Shown: one piece after another, positions 1 to 13,660 of the stretch
Layout: each line of letters opens with the position of its first letter
Position numbering within the stretch: position 1 is the first letter of the stretch
Origin: Felis catus
Lineage: Eukaryota
NCBI RefSeq assembly: GCF_018350175.1
Contig: NC_058368.1
Coordinates: 75,084,001 to 75,148,000 of the forward strand
Direction: 5' to 3'
DNA length: 64,000 bases
Position numbers and translations under genes: made by a program
Notes under the pieces: generated by a model
Seen by the model: only the letters and a program-made list of their open reading frames with translations
Told to the model about the DNA's origin: nothing
Database searches by the model: none

Positions 1-1239
1 ATCAGTCTTGGAATTCAAAATTGCAAAAGCTCTAATAAGAAATGTGTTCCATTTCATAAATAAATGTCCCTCCGTTGCTTTCCCGTTTTGTTTCTGAACC
101 ACTGACAAGTATTTTATTTGTCTTCTGGTGGGAGCTAAATATTTGATGAATTCCATCGGCTCATAGCATATTTGTTAAACACAAACTCTGCTTCCTGTTC
201 GGGATCGAGCAATAAAATTTGTGTTTGTTTGGGTTGGCAAGTTTTTGAGTAGACTCTACGCTGTAACTCTTCGCATATTTGAACCGTTTATCCAAGGTTG
301 TGGAACTCTGTGTCAGAACTCTTGAATGGAGGGTTTCTTGGCATCCCTCTTATCATTCCTTAATTCTTTTGTATTAAAAAAAAATAACTCATTCAGTTGG
401 TACAGAGTCCTCACTATACCTTTCTAAAAGATGTTGGAACAAAGCAAAAGTGAAAAAAAATTTTTGACATCTTTTAGATTTCTCCTGAATATGTTGACAA
501 AGCTTGTTTTGACGCCCTGGTTTTGTTTTGTTTTTGTGCTCTTTGATGCACTAGTTGTAAAAGAAGAAGAAAAGAAACCAACTGGCAGGAAATGTGTCAA
601 TAATCATTTGCTAATAGCATTTCAAGGTTAGAAAAACACAAGGCCTGTCTAATTTTTATGCGTCACTGATTAGCTTTTTGTGAGGTGTATTCCTTTTGGG
701 GTGTGCAATCGAACTAAGCTTTCCCTGAGGCAGGGGAGGCGTTTCCTATTCCTTCCTTTTCATTAAGTCATAGTATCTTTGCCTCCAGGTGTTAAAATTA
801 TAAGCATAATCTACATAAAAATTGTCAATTTAAAACTCCATCCATTACGATCTCAAATAGATAGTCAAAATACAAGATGGCGAATATCCACCCTCTACCA
901 CCATGTAAAGGTAGAAAATGACATGTTTGCATTAAGAGGGCATTAATTGAGGGAAATTAAAACTCTGTTAGGACACAAGATAAATTAGAGGAGATGTTGT
1001 TGGATAGGCTTTGAGTAGCAGCCCCAAGCACACTTGGTTTCTTCTCTGACAAAAGCCCTGTAATCCCAATGGGCAGAGCCATGAGTTTCTTTCCTTCCGT
1101 TGTTTCCCAGGGCCCCAGCCTGTGCCAAGTAGCAGACAGAGAAAAGGCCCCAAAGGAGCAAAGATAAAGATAGTGTGATAGCTTAGGCAAGCACAGAATG
1201 AGCCTCTCAACTTAGAGAGGAATTGATATAAACATGTAA

Positions 1240-2400
1240 AAAGTGAGAGTTAAGGGAGTAAAAACAACATGGCTGCACTGCTGGATGATTGGACTGGGGC
1301 CGAGGAGAAGGAACAGTATGAGCTAAATCCTCACATCCTGTGGATGAGGCCATACCTGAGAAAGGAGAAAGAGAAGGAAAGCCGGTCTGTAGGAGACAGG
1401 CCATGGAAGGGTGGATTCAGTTGGTACAGGCTGAGCATGGGGTGCGTGTCCATGGGGCAGTTTTGATGGAGGTGGTGCCCCCAGACCTCAGCAGTAGCAT
1501 AGGAAGAGTAGGGGGTGTATTCCTCATGCACAAAGGTGACATCATCCAAGGTGTATATGGAGAGACTAAAGGCATGCATGAGGTTAGAGGAAAGGTAAAT
1601 TGAGGACCTGTGGACAGGACAGGAAACAAGACAGTGAAAATCCAACATGAAAACAAGTGTATCATTTATGCTATCCACAGTAGGGAACAATGAAAGATTT
1701 TTAAATTTTTTTTTCAACGTTTATTTATTTTTGGGACAGAGAGAGACAGAGCATGAACGGGGGAGGGGCAGAGAGAGAGGGAGACACAGAATCGGAAACA
1801 GGCTCCAGGCTCCGAGCCATCAGCCCAGAGCCTGACGCGGGGCTCGAACTCACGGACCGCGAGATTGTGACCTGGCTGAAGTCGGACGCTTAACCGATTG
1901 CGCCACCCAGGCACCCCATTGAAAGATTTTTAAGCACCAGAGTGATATTGTGAAAATTGAGGGGAATTAGCCGGGAGATCGTGTGCAACATCACATCACA
2001 TGCTAAGGAAATAATTGTCTGTCCCCTGAAATATTCTAGACACCATACACAGCGCAGAGATTAATAGCGAATAAAAAAAAAATTACGACCCCTATGTCAC
2101 AGAGAGAACAGTGAGCAAAGGAAGAATCTAGAGAGAAATGTTCCAATGACAACTACACTGTGAAAATCCAGGTTTAAAGAAAAATGACTTGATTATATAA
2201 AAAATATTGTTTTGTTTTGTCTTTTCAGTTTGGGTGTGTTTTGTTGTTGTTGTTGTAGAAAAGTAATCGGTATCTGACAAACGATTGGAAATAAGACGTT
2301 GGAACCGAGATACATAAGTGATGAACGAGAGGTTGTCACGATTGGCTCATGTTAAGATCATGGTGACCGTAGCAAGGCCAAGTCCAATGGAGAAGGAAAC
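1240..2400 (-). mobile_element. Degraded L2 LINE fragments, interrupted by a SINE
   Basis: Purine-rich antisense L2-like text, e.g. TGAAAGATTTTTAAGCA..AGTGATATTGTG resumes across the SINE. Recalled consensus; boundaries approximate. Confidence 0.5.
1705..1917 (-). mobile_element. Young felid Can-SINE (SINEC_Fc-type)
   Basis: Near-consensus tRNA-derived head, CT tract and AATAAA/A tail on the minus strand. TSD TGAAAGATTTTTAA at 1691-1704 and 1920-1933. Confidence 0.97.
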
Positions 2401-5102
2401 TTTTGTAATGGGGAACATATGAGTGATTCATTTTATTTTATTTATTAACTGCTAGAGCTCTAGAACATACTTCCCAAAGCTTCTACTGATATCTTCTCCA
2501 GTTAATTTGGTCTGAGTCTTAAATTTTATCTGTCACAATTTACCTAGAGCATGAAACTTAGATTTTCTGTTTGTTGCCCTTCCTAAATTACTCCAATAAG
2601 ATATGTTACCAGGACAGGGAGGTGAGTATATGTGGGTAAGTGTGTGCATAGAAGTACATATTCTCTACATTGTTGTGAAAAACAGAAACCACTTTTAGGC
2701 TAAACATTGATGTAAAAATAGCTCAACTTCATTTGTAGTTGCAAATAAGTGTATATTGGACAACTACATTGTATTTCACAAACATTTTAGAGTACCAAAA
2801 AGATGAAATCACAGTCAGTTTAAAGCAAGCCCTGTGTCGAATTACACAACCATGTCAAACTCTCACGTGTGTATGAAGTAGTTAGGGACCCTTCTCTGGG
2901 CCTTTGCTTTCCCATCTTTGAAATGAGGCGATTGGGCCACACAATTTCTTGAGTACGTTTCCATTTTTATTGATGTGTCTGATTATGTATAACAAGGATT
3001 TGCAGGGCGGTGGCGGGGGGGGCAGATAATCAATTTTCTCTCTGCCGTAGAACAGAAAATTATTTTGTAAAGTCTTACTCCGCCATCTCATTGACCTCTT
3101 TGGAAAAAAAAAGTCCTATGTGCTGTGTAGAAATCATCACCTTCTGATAACCTGCCCTGCCTGTTCCATCAGTACGGGTTCTAAGTTAGCCCATTGTGGG
3201 TTACACATTCAGGAAGTAAAAAAGCCAGATGTGAAGGCACTGCATTGCTATGAGAGATGGAATGAGAGAGAAGGATCACTCCATTTTCCGTCAATTTAGT
3301 GTTTGGGTCGGTGGGGGGTTGGAGGGGAGGGGAGGGATGACTTTTATGATCAATAAAATGATGAACTGGATTTTGCTTTCATTTAAAAGATTTACACTCA
3401 ATGTAGGAGCAAATAAATCATTAATCATCCAGCTATCAACAATGGTTTCCTAGTCCTTGGGGATTAAGATACATTTGAATCAAAGTACCCACTACCCCGA
3501 ATTTTGAAAAAGATTTCTGTAACATCCAGAACTTGACATATATAATGTGACAACTGGTTCCAAGTCGGTCTATGCCTCTTTTCCTGTCCCCCGCCCTCCC
3601 AGCCCAGAATGGGAATCCTTGTCATTTTTCTCCATTGTTTCAGTGGTGAAGAAAAAAAATAAGTCCTTTCAAATTTATTTTGAAATCGAATGCCTTATCC
3701 ATTACAAACTCGATTGTACGCAACATTCTATGCAAGTCATGCGTGGATATGGTAGAATTCGCTGCTGTTAAAATTCGATTTGCTATTACTCCATGGGGCC
3801 ATATTTCTGGGCACTTGACTGTGCATTCCAGTCTCTTGCCATATTGCCTACCCCCTTTTCTTTCTTGTCTTTTTGGCACCTCCTCATGTCCACCCAATTC
3901 AACTCTTCTGAGTTGAACTCAAGGGTCCATATTAAAATGATATACAGACAAACACGTATGAAATTGTGAGTGTGTATATGCATGAATCCCAGTTCATATT
4001 CAGTCAAATTTCAACATGTCCTGAAGTCTTTGGAAAATGTGCCATTCTATAAAAAGACGCCCACACTTACGGCTCTCTGTACAACACGCAATTGTTCCTG
4101 ACATTGCTGTCCGGCCGCCCTTTTCGGGTGACAGAGGACACTGCTGTAGGCAGAGCCGGTTGCCTGGGAAAGCCAGCCTCCCCTGTGACCCACTTCCCCA
4201 CATTTGAAACGTCGGTCCCATATCTCACCTGGCAGGAAGGGAGCCGTGGGGAGAGCTCTGTTGGCCGCTGACCCATCGGCAGCAGGCCTGCCCAGGGAAC
4301 GAGGCAGTCGGTGCCTTTGCAAGGCCGTCCTTTGCCTTTCCCTTTGTATTCTGTGAATATACAGAGGTTCAAAGAGTAAGAAATGGTCTTTCTTGTCCCC
4401 TGTGATTCCTCGTAGTCCCCTATATCTGCGGCCACTTATTCAGAACAGCCTCGTCAGCTGCATGTGGTGCAGGGTGAGGTATAGGCACGTGCATGCTTTG
4501 CATTGTGCTTACCGCAGGAAGCTTGAACTAAGCAAAGCACAAATCAGCCAAGTTAGAAAGAGAGGAGGGCATCAGGTTCATCATCGGTGCCTTTAAATAT
4601 CAGGCAGGACTAGGAAGTATGCTTTAAAAGATTTTCTTTTTCTTTTTCCAATTAAGTCTTCCCAAACAGATCTCTCCCAACCATGGTATGCACTGTCTTG
4701 TCTTCCTGATTTCCCTTTTTTGGGTCTAAGTAATGCAAGCCAATAGGCATTGTGTTTACAAACAGCCGTATGGGACAGGAGAGCTCACATTACCAGTGAC
4801 CGTTAGGGACCTGGCAATGGGTTTTCTTGAACCTACTCTTAAAATCAAGCCATTACTTGTGCAACCCATCTTGTAACTTCTAGACTCAAGACATAACAGA
4901 GCAAAAACCTTTTGTGCATTTGGTAAAGTCTCAGTGCGGGTGTCACACAGGCCAACAAGGTGGGACCCCAAGAGGACGATTCGAGTCACCCGATTGTTTC
5001 AGAAATCCCACCAAGTTTACCTGGCCCAGATCATAAAGACATCCAACCAACATTTTGCGTTGAGCTCTGATACAAGTGATTCAATGAGACTCTGGATTTA
5101 AA

Positions 5103-5330
5103 GTTGTATAAGTGTATTTATTTATTTATTTTGAGAGAGAATGAGAGAGAGAGAGAAAGAGAGGGAGGGAGGGAGAGAGCAGGGGAGGGGCAGAGAGAGA
5201 GGGAGAGAGAGAATCCCAAGCAGGCTACATGCTGTCAGTACAGAGCCCAACTGGAGCTTGATCTCATGAACCATGACCCGGGCTAAAAGGAAGAGTTGGA
5301 CCCTGATGGGCAGAGCACCCCAGGCATCCC
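5103..5330 (-). mobile_element. Older Can-SINE
   Basis: TTTATTTATTTT, (GA)n, AATCCCAAGCAGGCT, ending CCAGGCATCCC. TSD-like CTGGATTTAAA on both sides. Confidence 0.92.
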
Positions 5331-6280
5331 TGGATTTAAAAGTAAGTTGAATACAATGGAATTTTACTTTGGGCCTATTTACCTAATGACTTTCTCCTTT
5401 GTTCGTGTTACTTTGAGTTTATACCAACTCCGTCTTTTCTTGTTCTCGATGTCTATTTGGACAACTGTGTCAAAATACCTTAATCCCAAGCACCAGCTAG
5501 GGAGGAAAACCTCCTTTTTTTTTTTCCTCCCCTGTAAATCCAACACAGTTTCTTTTCTGTGGCGTCTGCCCCGCAGACTACATTTGTTAACATTCTTGGT
5601 GATTTCCATAAAGATGCCCACATGCAAGGCGGTGGTTGAAATATCATTTGCGCGAACGTATAGCGTAGAAAGAGGGCTCCAGAACAGAGGAGGCCCTTGG
5701 GTCGGCCGCTCTGAGGCATGCTGGCGATTCAGGGGGCTCAGCTCCAAGGCCAGACTCTCTGAAGACTTATCTCTGGTACGTGCAAAGAACCCCTTTATTC
5801 CTCAAAGGAGGTTTAGAGAGCCTTCCTCTTTGAAAGACTGTGCCTTCCCCGGTTAAATGTAAACTGGTCATAAAGGCAGTAACCGCTGTCCTGGGTGGAG
5901 AGAAGGACAGGGTTTGCGGTGGCAGCTTTAGAGTCCCTCCAGGTTTAAAGGCCTTGGGGCTCCTTGACGGCGACGCTGGGCTCCACTTGTAAGGACCTCA
6001 GTCCTGGCTGCTTGGCCCACACGCCAGGTTATCATCAGCTATGACTAAGCCGGAGCCAGCTAGGAGAACAATGGCATTGTTTTGTCTCCTCACATGACGA
6101 AAGAGCAGTATGGGCACACTTTTTCTCTGTGACTCAGAGATGCATTCTCGGAATCCAAATAAGGAGACACGTCGCCTGCGGAGAGTGGGGTTTTCTCCGC
6201 CACCAGTGGGAGCTCCTCACCTAATTCTTCCCCAGAACTGATCCGCCGGAAGATGAATTTCAGCCACTGAAGGGAACCCA

Positions 6281-6282
<2 letters not shown>

Positions 6283-6314
<32 letters not shown>
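6283..6314. repeat. (GT)16 microsatellite
   Basis: Read directly. Confidence 0.97.
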
Positions 6315-6316
<2 letters not shown>

Positions 6317-7907
6317 CCCTTATGGGGTTTACAAAAATGCGTTAAAAAACCCGAGCAAAAATTCAGAAGGGATTTCTAGTGCCTGAAGCAGCAAGACCAG
6401 GGGCTGTAATAAGGACAGTCTGGGGACAATTCTACTACGAGGCTAACTCAGTTACCCCAAACTCTCCCCAGCACTGTCAAGACTGGCTCTTTGGGGGTTT
6501 GAGCTATGTCAGGGCCTCACCGAAGCTTCGCGGCTGCTCGAGGCCATGCAAGGCAGCACATCCTTCCCGCCACCCCCTTTAGAGAGACAGGTCCCTTTTC
6601 TCTCCAACTGCTATCCCCTTCTGGTGCAAGGAGCTTGGGGAGACCTTCCGCACTCCACTGTGCGCAGAGGTTTTCTTTTTTTCTTTTTGTGTGTTTGGTT
6701 GATGAGAACAGGAAGGAAAGGAAAGGATTTTGAACAACAGAAATAGAGAAAAAAAGAAGATGGGTGTAGAGATTCAGCGTAGGTGGAAATACTTAAGTTT
6801 CTAAACTCTCGCAGTTCACATTGTTAATGGGTCCTGTTGGCGGTATTGCCTGTGGCTTGAGGGGCTCCGTCAAGGCTTCAGGGACTCCTCCAGCTTTCCT
6901 CAAGTCATGCTGGGTGTGTGTGTGTGCAAGGGGGAGAAACATGGCGGAGAGATTACGTTGGTTTCTGTTCTGGTGCAGGTGGGGCCATGTGTGATTGCCT
7001 CACCCTTGAGTACAAAGGATATTCAATCAAATACCATGATCAATAAACACCAAAGGGAAGTCTCCATGGTGGGAGTGGACATGGCTGGGAGCCAAAAAAA
7101 AAAAAAAAAAGCAAGAAAATTGGCCCCATCTACCCTCAACATAAAATGGATCCTGGCCTATGCAATAATTACTGTCACCTCATGAACTCGGTCTTTTCTT
7201 CTTGTTCCCATACTCAGTTTCAGCGAGAGAAAAGAGGAGGGGTCTGTAAAGGAACGATAAAGGTAGAGGGTTTATAAAATGTCCCCAGCTGCCATCCTGC
7301 TTCAGAAACTCATGCTGTGCCCCCTCCCCACCCCCGCCTTTTCAGAAGAAACCCCGAAAAACTAATGAGAAAAAATTTGAAAGTCCACGAGAAAAAAAAA
7401 GAGAGAGGTTTTGCCCCCATCTTTTGATGCATAGAGCCTACCAAATACAGATGTTCCTGAGCGGAAAGCATAGTGAATAGTAAATGAGAAGACAGAGTAT
7501 GTTCTCTAAAGTGGAGTTGTCTTAACCAGGATTTAGAGTTCCTCTTAGAAAAAAGAAAGAGCTCTGAAAAATTGGAAGATAAGCCTAAGGAAAGCAGGCT
7601 GGGGCAAGAAAGACCGGAATCTAAATACATTTACTTAAGTTTGTATTTATATACAAAGAAATACCAACAACGGTCTTTATTAGAAGAGTTGTACTGGGTT
7701 TTTCTATATGCAGTTTATCGTGTTCTTCCCCTCCCCCCCCCCCAAAAAAAACAAACTTTAAGACTATGCACACTTTTTTCAGGATGAGAAGAGAGAGGAA
7801 ATCATGTTTCTTCGGAACCGAAGGTCAAAGGGGAGGAGCACAGAGAGAGGATGAAATGGTCAGCCAGAAAGTGAACTTTGGCCCCGGGGGGGGGGGGGGC
7901 CTTAACC

Positions 7908-8485
7908 TGTGGTTCTAGGCACGGCTTCCAAGATTCTCATCCTGTAGTTATTGAATCAAACACTAACCTAGGGGCCATTGGGAAGGGATTGTTGGGATGT
8001 AATTAGGTATGGTGAGGATTCCAGTGGGCACAGCCCAGCTGGGCAAGCCCTTGACACGCACGGATTTTCAGGCTGGTGGAGGAGGTCAGAGGGATGCAAG
8101 AGAGAGGGAGACTTGGTGGAAGTTTGGCAGGAGGGTGGAATTCACCTGCTGTTGAGTTACTAGAGGGCTTCGCAGTAAAGAATGGGAGGCGGTCTCACGA
8201 CCTGGGAGCGGCACCTGCTGACAGCCAGCAGGGACGCAGGGTCTCTCAGTCCGGCAGTCTCCAGGTACCGACCTCTGCCGGTGACCGGGAGGACTGCAGG
8301 AGGCGGGGAGCTCCAGGTGGAGCACAGCCGGCTGACCTTGGATTTCACCCTCCAGAGAGACCCGCGGCGGAGAACCCAGCTCCACCCTCCTGGCCTCGGG
8401 GCTTGCGGACCTGCAAGGTCACACACAGGTGGTGTGGTAGCACTGGGACTGCGGTACTTGGTCACGACTGCGACACACACCCCCT
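7908..8485 (+). mobile_element. MaLR solo LTR, MLT1E-like, unusually GC/CpG-rich
   Basis: Starts TGTGG. AATCAAACACTAACCTAGG..GGAAGGGATT..GATGTAATTAGGT and CTGACAGCCAGCA match the recalled MLT1D/E consensus. Confidence 0.75.
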
Positions 8486-8753
8486 CCTTACAGAAATCAA
8501 CGTGAAAGGAAAAGATGAGCAAGTAACCTTGCAGTTCCTTCTTCCTCCATAAAAGGAGCTGGATTTTCTCCTCCCTTTCCTGACACAGGGCCAGCTGGGG
8601 GTCCGCGCCACAGGCCATCTAAAGTCCCCACGTCCTCACCTGAGCCTCTCCCGACGGCCTGTGCTAGAGTGAGCCCCATGCCCACGTCGGAAAGGCACCG
8701 GCTCTTCCAACGATAAGATTTCTGAGACAACTTTCTCTTTGTGAGCCCCCCCT

Positions 8754-8756
<3 letters not shown>

Positions 8757-8835
<79 letters not shown>
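8757..8835 (-). repeat. 79-nt pure poly(T), i.e. poly(A) on the minus strand, between 16-bp direct repeats
   Basis: GCCCCCCCTCCCTTTT at 8745-8760 and 8836-8851. Confidence 0.95.
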
Positions 8836-8837
<2 letters not shown>

Positions 8838-11800
8838 CCCCCCTCCCTTTTGAACGTGCACTTCAGTTTGTGAAGGAAGAGCTAAATCCTTGTGAGATAG
8901 CACCCCTGCATTTCTTAAAGTATACTCTCCCAAGTTGCAACTAAATGAGCCACGAAACGCGAAGTGTTGGCAGATGGGAAACCCCCTTCAGTGTGTGCGG
9001 GTGTGCTCCCCAAATGACCTTCCTTTTAATTTGCTGTCATGTCAACTGCAGATTGATTAATAGAAAGGACTGGAAGTGTATTCTATATAGCAGGGGATAA
9101 AAATGCCGTTTTTCTCTTGTTTTTGTTTGACATTGGAAATCAGGGAAGAGATTGTTAGGATAATAACTATACAGTGTCTTCCAGGGAATACTAATAATCT
9201 CTGTCCCACCCCTTCGGAGCAAATAAATAACCTCATTATTACCATAATGAAAACAAGTTGGGGAATTTCCCAAGGACACGTGGGGACAAATTCCATCTTC
9301 CTATCTCCCTGCCCAACATCTTTGGCGTATAGAACGAAAGAAAGCATAGAACCACCAGAAATCGTTTTTTTTTTTTCCCCTTACTCCGTTTCACTGCTGG
9401 ACACTGTTTCTGTCCACATTCTCTCTCTTTTTCTTTTTCTTTTTTTTTCCGAGCCTCGACATTGAATCCAGTTATTAGGAAGTAAATTAAAAAGAAATGT
9501 TCTTGTTATATTTCCTTGTCAATAGGCTGTCCGTGTTGGCAGGAATTCTAAAGTCGAGACACTTATGAAAGCAGCAGGAACCTAACTTAAAAATTACGTA
9601 GAGAAGTGGATGAAGTAAGACGTCACAGTGTGAGCTCTCTGCCTGCCGAGCACTTTAAATTTTCTCTCTCATTTTTTTTTTTTTAATGATCTAAAAATAT
9701 CCAGGGCAGATCAACTGGGACTGCAAATAAAGAAAAAGAGGCATGGGGGGAAATGCAACTCAAGTTTTTGGAAATATTTATATTTAAAAAGAAAAGAAAA
9801 ATGAAAGAACGTTTTAATCAACATTTTCTTGGTTATTATGAATATAATATACCCAGAATTTTTATCTCGTGGCTTTCTAATTCAGTTGTATAGCTAATGG
9901 TTGTAGACTATGGTAGCATTTTAAGCCCTCCTTTCCTATATCTTTATCTTTTGTTATTTATTTCAAAAATCCAGGAATATCTATACAAGTTACCCTGGAT
10001 AGATGCACATCTATGGAAATAGAGAAACCCAGTTAGGCACAAGGATCTGACTTCATTACTCTACCTCTGGCTTGAACCCATTGTCCTGTAAGCTCAAAGT
10101 TCCATAATATTTAATTCTGATACTCAAAAAAAAAAAAAAAAGTGAATTCATTCTAAAAAACCAACCAAACCACCTACAGGTATTATTTTCTGCAGGCATT
10201 GGCTATTTGATGTGTATGGGAGTTTTAGTGGTTAAGGATATGATTGCAAGCCTGTGGGGTTTTTTTCAAGGCTTGGTAAAATCAACCTTGTTTTGTGAGG
10301 TTGGTTTGATTTAGTACTATTTTGTGACAATTAAGGAGTCAATCATGGAAAATATATCCTAGCTAATTAGAGACCCCCCCCCTTAATATGAGATTAAATA
10401 GATCCTTACAATCCTTTGGGAGATTATACCAAAATTGCACCTATCTGATGCATATTTAAAAAAAAAAACAGAAATTAGTTCATTTCATTATTAAATCTTC
10501 AGGTAGGCGGTAGGTATAATTTCCCCAAATGCCTGATGGACTCCCACGTAGTAGCTTCTGTGATGAGAAAGTGTGACTCACTCAGCCTACGGATGAACTG
10601 TTCTTTGTCATTCTGTCATCATTTTGAATGCGGCGGGCTTCGACTTGGATAAGTCTCCGTAAACCTAAGTGGCTCAAACCATATCTTATTTAGAAGTCTT
10701 CGTATCGTTTCCCAAGCACAGGAAATCAGTGGAATTTAAATTTCGTTTTGGTCCCTTGTAAAACCACCGTCGTTCTCTTTATTTGGAACTTCAGGAAAAT
10801 CACCTAGGGTAACATAAGAGTAGAAAGAAGAGAACCACCATTTATCTCTGACCCCACGCCAGGCACAGCACTACGAAGCTTGCATATTTCATTCATCATT
10901 TGTCCACTCACAATGCCAACCCGCTGACACTCTTTGGGAAGTCACAGTCAAGAATCAACACAGCACTTGTGAACAAATTCAAGTTTAAAACCCACACAAA
11001 TACATTCCTATTAGCGATATGCAAAATATTACCTGCCGCAGTGTGAAGCAGGAATCCTTTTCCCCTCTGGCCAGTCCCCCAGAAGGACACACATGATTGA
11101 CATTTAGGTTTTGGCTCTTAAGAACAAAGGGACAATGTATACAGTCTGTTTCCTTTGATAGCAGCTCTACTCTTTGTGTCTTATTTCCCCTTTAATGAGA
11201 AATCTCTTCTTTGTTTTCAAAATCTAGGCGTACACATGCTTTGCCTTTTTCTTCCACGACCTAATTCTAACAAGTATCTTCCAAATGTCTCTCCGATTTC
11301 TCTGGAAAGAGGACTCACCCGGCAAACTTACCCTTCGGGATGAATTTATCCCTACCAGAGCTTATCTCTGCTCTTTGAGATCTCATTTTTTTGGAGTTCC
11401 TTTCCCAAGAGAGAGGCCTGCTTGTAATTTAAGCTCGTGCTAAACAATGATATTTCCACATGTTCTCAGTTTAACACGTGAAAAGTGTTTTATTTTGTTT
11501 TCTAACCTGACACAAATTTACTTCTAAATGAATCAGGAAAAAATTGTGGGATTTTTTTTTTTTTTGAGATATAGCAGCACAAGATGATATTACTAAGGAT
11601 GTTTGGTTTATAGTTAACTTTTGTGCACAGACCTCTGCCTTACATTGGAAATCTTTCCAGTAACTACTGACTCAGACTCGCCAAGAGTTACTAAATAAAG
11701 GCAAAGGTATCTTGACTGAGGGCCCAACTTTATGTCAACTCTTCCCTCTGGCAACTTGCAGGAGCCTACATGTCACAAGTTTAGGGCTTGGTCCAAGATT

Positions 11801-12769
11801 TCTCTTCCACAGATACTGGCTTAACTTCGGGACTTTTCTATTTCCTCTGTCAGTGTGCCCAAGCCTGTGGTTTTACTCAGTATGTGAATAAGTATCTCCA
11901 GTCCCTGTTTCTGGGATGATAACCATTCAGGTGAATAGGGGAAAGGTACACCATAAACTGTTGACTGAAAAACACATACTACGTAAAAGGGCACTAGAAT
12001 CTTCTTCAATTTTTCAATGAAATCTAAAACACTTCCAACATTGCTTCAATTAATTATTGAAATCTAAAGAAACAAAAAGGCCCGAGAAGACGTTTATCCC
12101 AATTATTTGGCTTATCAAAAGAAAATCATACAAAAGGGCCCTTTAAATTTTCTCAACAGTTTCTCACCACAGCAGAAGTTTGTTCTTCTCTTTGCCTGGA
12201 AGGCTGTGTCTCTCCATATTCACTTTCTAAGCATTGCAGCCCGTGTTCAGCACTCCCTCCTGCCACACAGGTAAGTCTTTATTCTGTCCACCTGTTCTAC
12301 GAGGCCATTTCTGGCTAAGGCTTCTCCCTTCACACCAGACTCGGGACATAGGACACTTCCAACCACTCTCTCCCACCTCCCTGGAGGGCATGTAACCCAG
12401 AGAAGCCAGCCAGGCACCGTCCATCCATCACCACTTGGTTCCCAGCCATGGGTCCTCTACCATAGAGGAGTGTGCTGGACATGGGACATGTGGAATTAAT
12501 TGTAGCATCTTTAGGCTACAACCTAGCAAGTTACTAAATGCTCATCTGTGCTCTAGGATCAACCAAACGTTCTGCCATTTCACTACAACCCTCTGCCTGT
12601 GCTTGACTCTGCAGGTTGAAAAGGAAACTACGTCTCCCTCACCAACCGTAGTTGAATTCTAGTCCCAAAGCTTGCCACTGTACCAATATCATCCTCCTCA
12701 GCACATTCTATGCTCTGTGGTGTGCACTCCCAGCTGCTTAGCTCTCCTGGGAAAAATTCAGATTTGGTA

Positions 12770-13180
12770 TATCCCCTTACAATGCCAATAGTCGTGACGA
12801 TCAAACTTAGAAACCCCAGCGACTTAAGATACATGGGAAGTCACTTCTAATTCACATCAAATTTGATCTGCACCAGGGAGAGGGGGGTTAGGGCACAAAA
12901 GCAAGGGAGCCTCTACACCAGGGAGGGAGTCAGGCTTCCCAGCAGGGGCAAACTGCCTTCTTCAACACAAGCTTCCATGTTGCCGACATCCAACTTGCTG
13001 GATGGTATGGGGTAGAGGCGGAGTAGAGGACCACCCAGGACATTTTTATATGCCAGGCTTCAGAGTGGTAAATATCAGTCCCTGGCCATGCCTAATGACA
13101 GGGTAAGAAGACACAGTCCCTCTCTGAGCTCAGGGGGAAAGAGAGGCAGGTGAAGTGAGAAACTGACCGATCTATAACGG
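12770..13180 (-). mobile_element. MaLR LTR, MLT1J/K-like
   Basis: CTGCCTTCTTCAACACAAGCTTCCA, TTTTTATATGCCAGGCTT and TGGCCATGCCTAA resemble recalled antisense MLT1K. Confidence 0.65.
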
Positions 13181-13529
13181 AAATTTAACTGTCACATCAA
13201 GAATGTTCTTATTGTTTTTGCTCTAAGTTTCGGTGCCTGCTTGGAGTGCCCCCCTCCCCCATGTGCAAACAACACAAAAGTAAGCAAACAAAATACCAAT
13301 ATTTGTTCTCAGCTCCCTTGTCTTTTGTTTTCCCTGGCGCAATACAATAAAGACAGCCTCTTTGCTACTTGAAAAGGGCAAAAGGAATGATGGGCACAAG
13401 GAAGAAATGGGCAGTCAAATTTCAATATAGAAAAAATATTATCCTAGTACTTATATATGCACAGAGAATGCTTAACTTTTGGGTGGCTTTTATTTCAACG
13501 GAATATTCCCCTGAATGTCTGGCTTCGTA

Positions 13530-13660
13530 CCGTGAGCTGGCAATACACTGAGCACTGTACATAAATTATTTGATTGAATCCTCTCAATCCCTGGGTAATG
13601 GGCACACTTATTACTTCCATTTTTCTGAGTGATTGAAATGACTTGTTGAAGGTCCAATGA
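13530..13660 (-). mobile_element. MIR SINE fragment
   Basis: ATTATTTGATTGAATCCTCTCAA..TTATTACTTCCATTTT..TGACTTGTTGAAGGTC resembles the antisense MIR core. Confidence 0.6.

Noticed and set aside
5296..5856. Longest ORF (186 aa)
   Set aside because: It starts at TTG inside a SINE, shows no recognisable domain and has no exon context.
8664..8944. Poly-Lys and poly-Phe ORFs
   Set aside because: They are translations of the poly(T) tract and use non-ATG starts.
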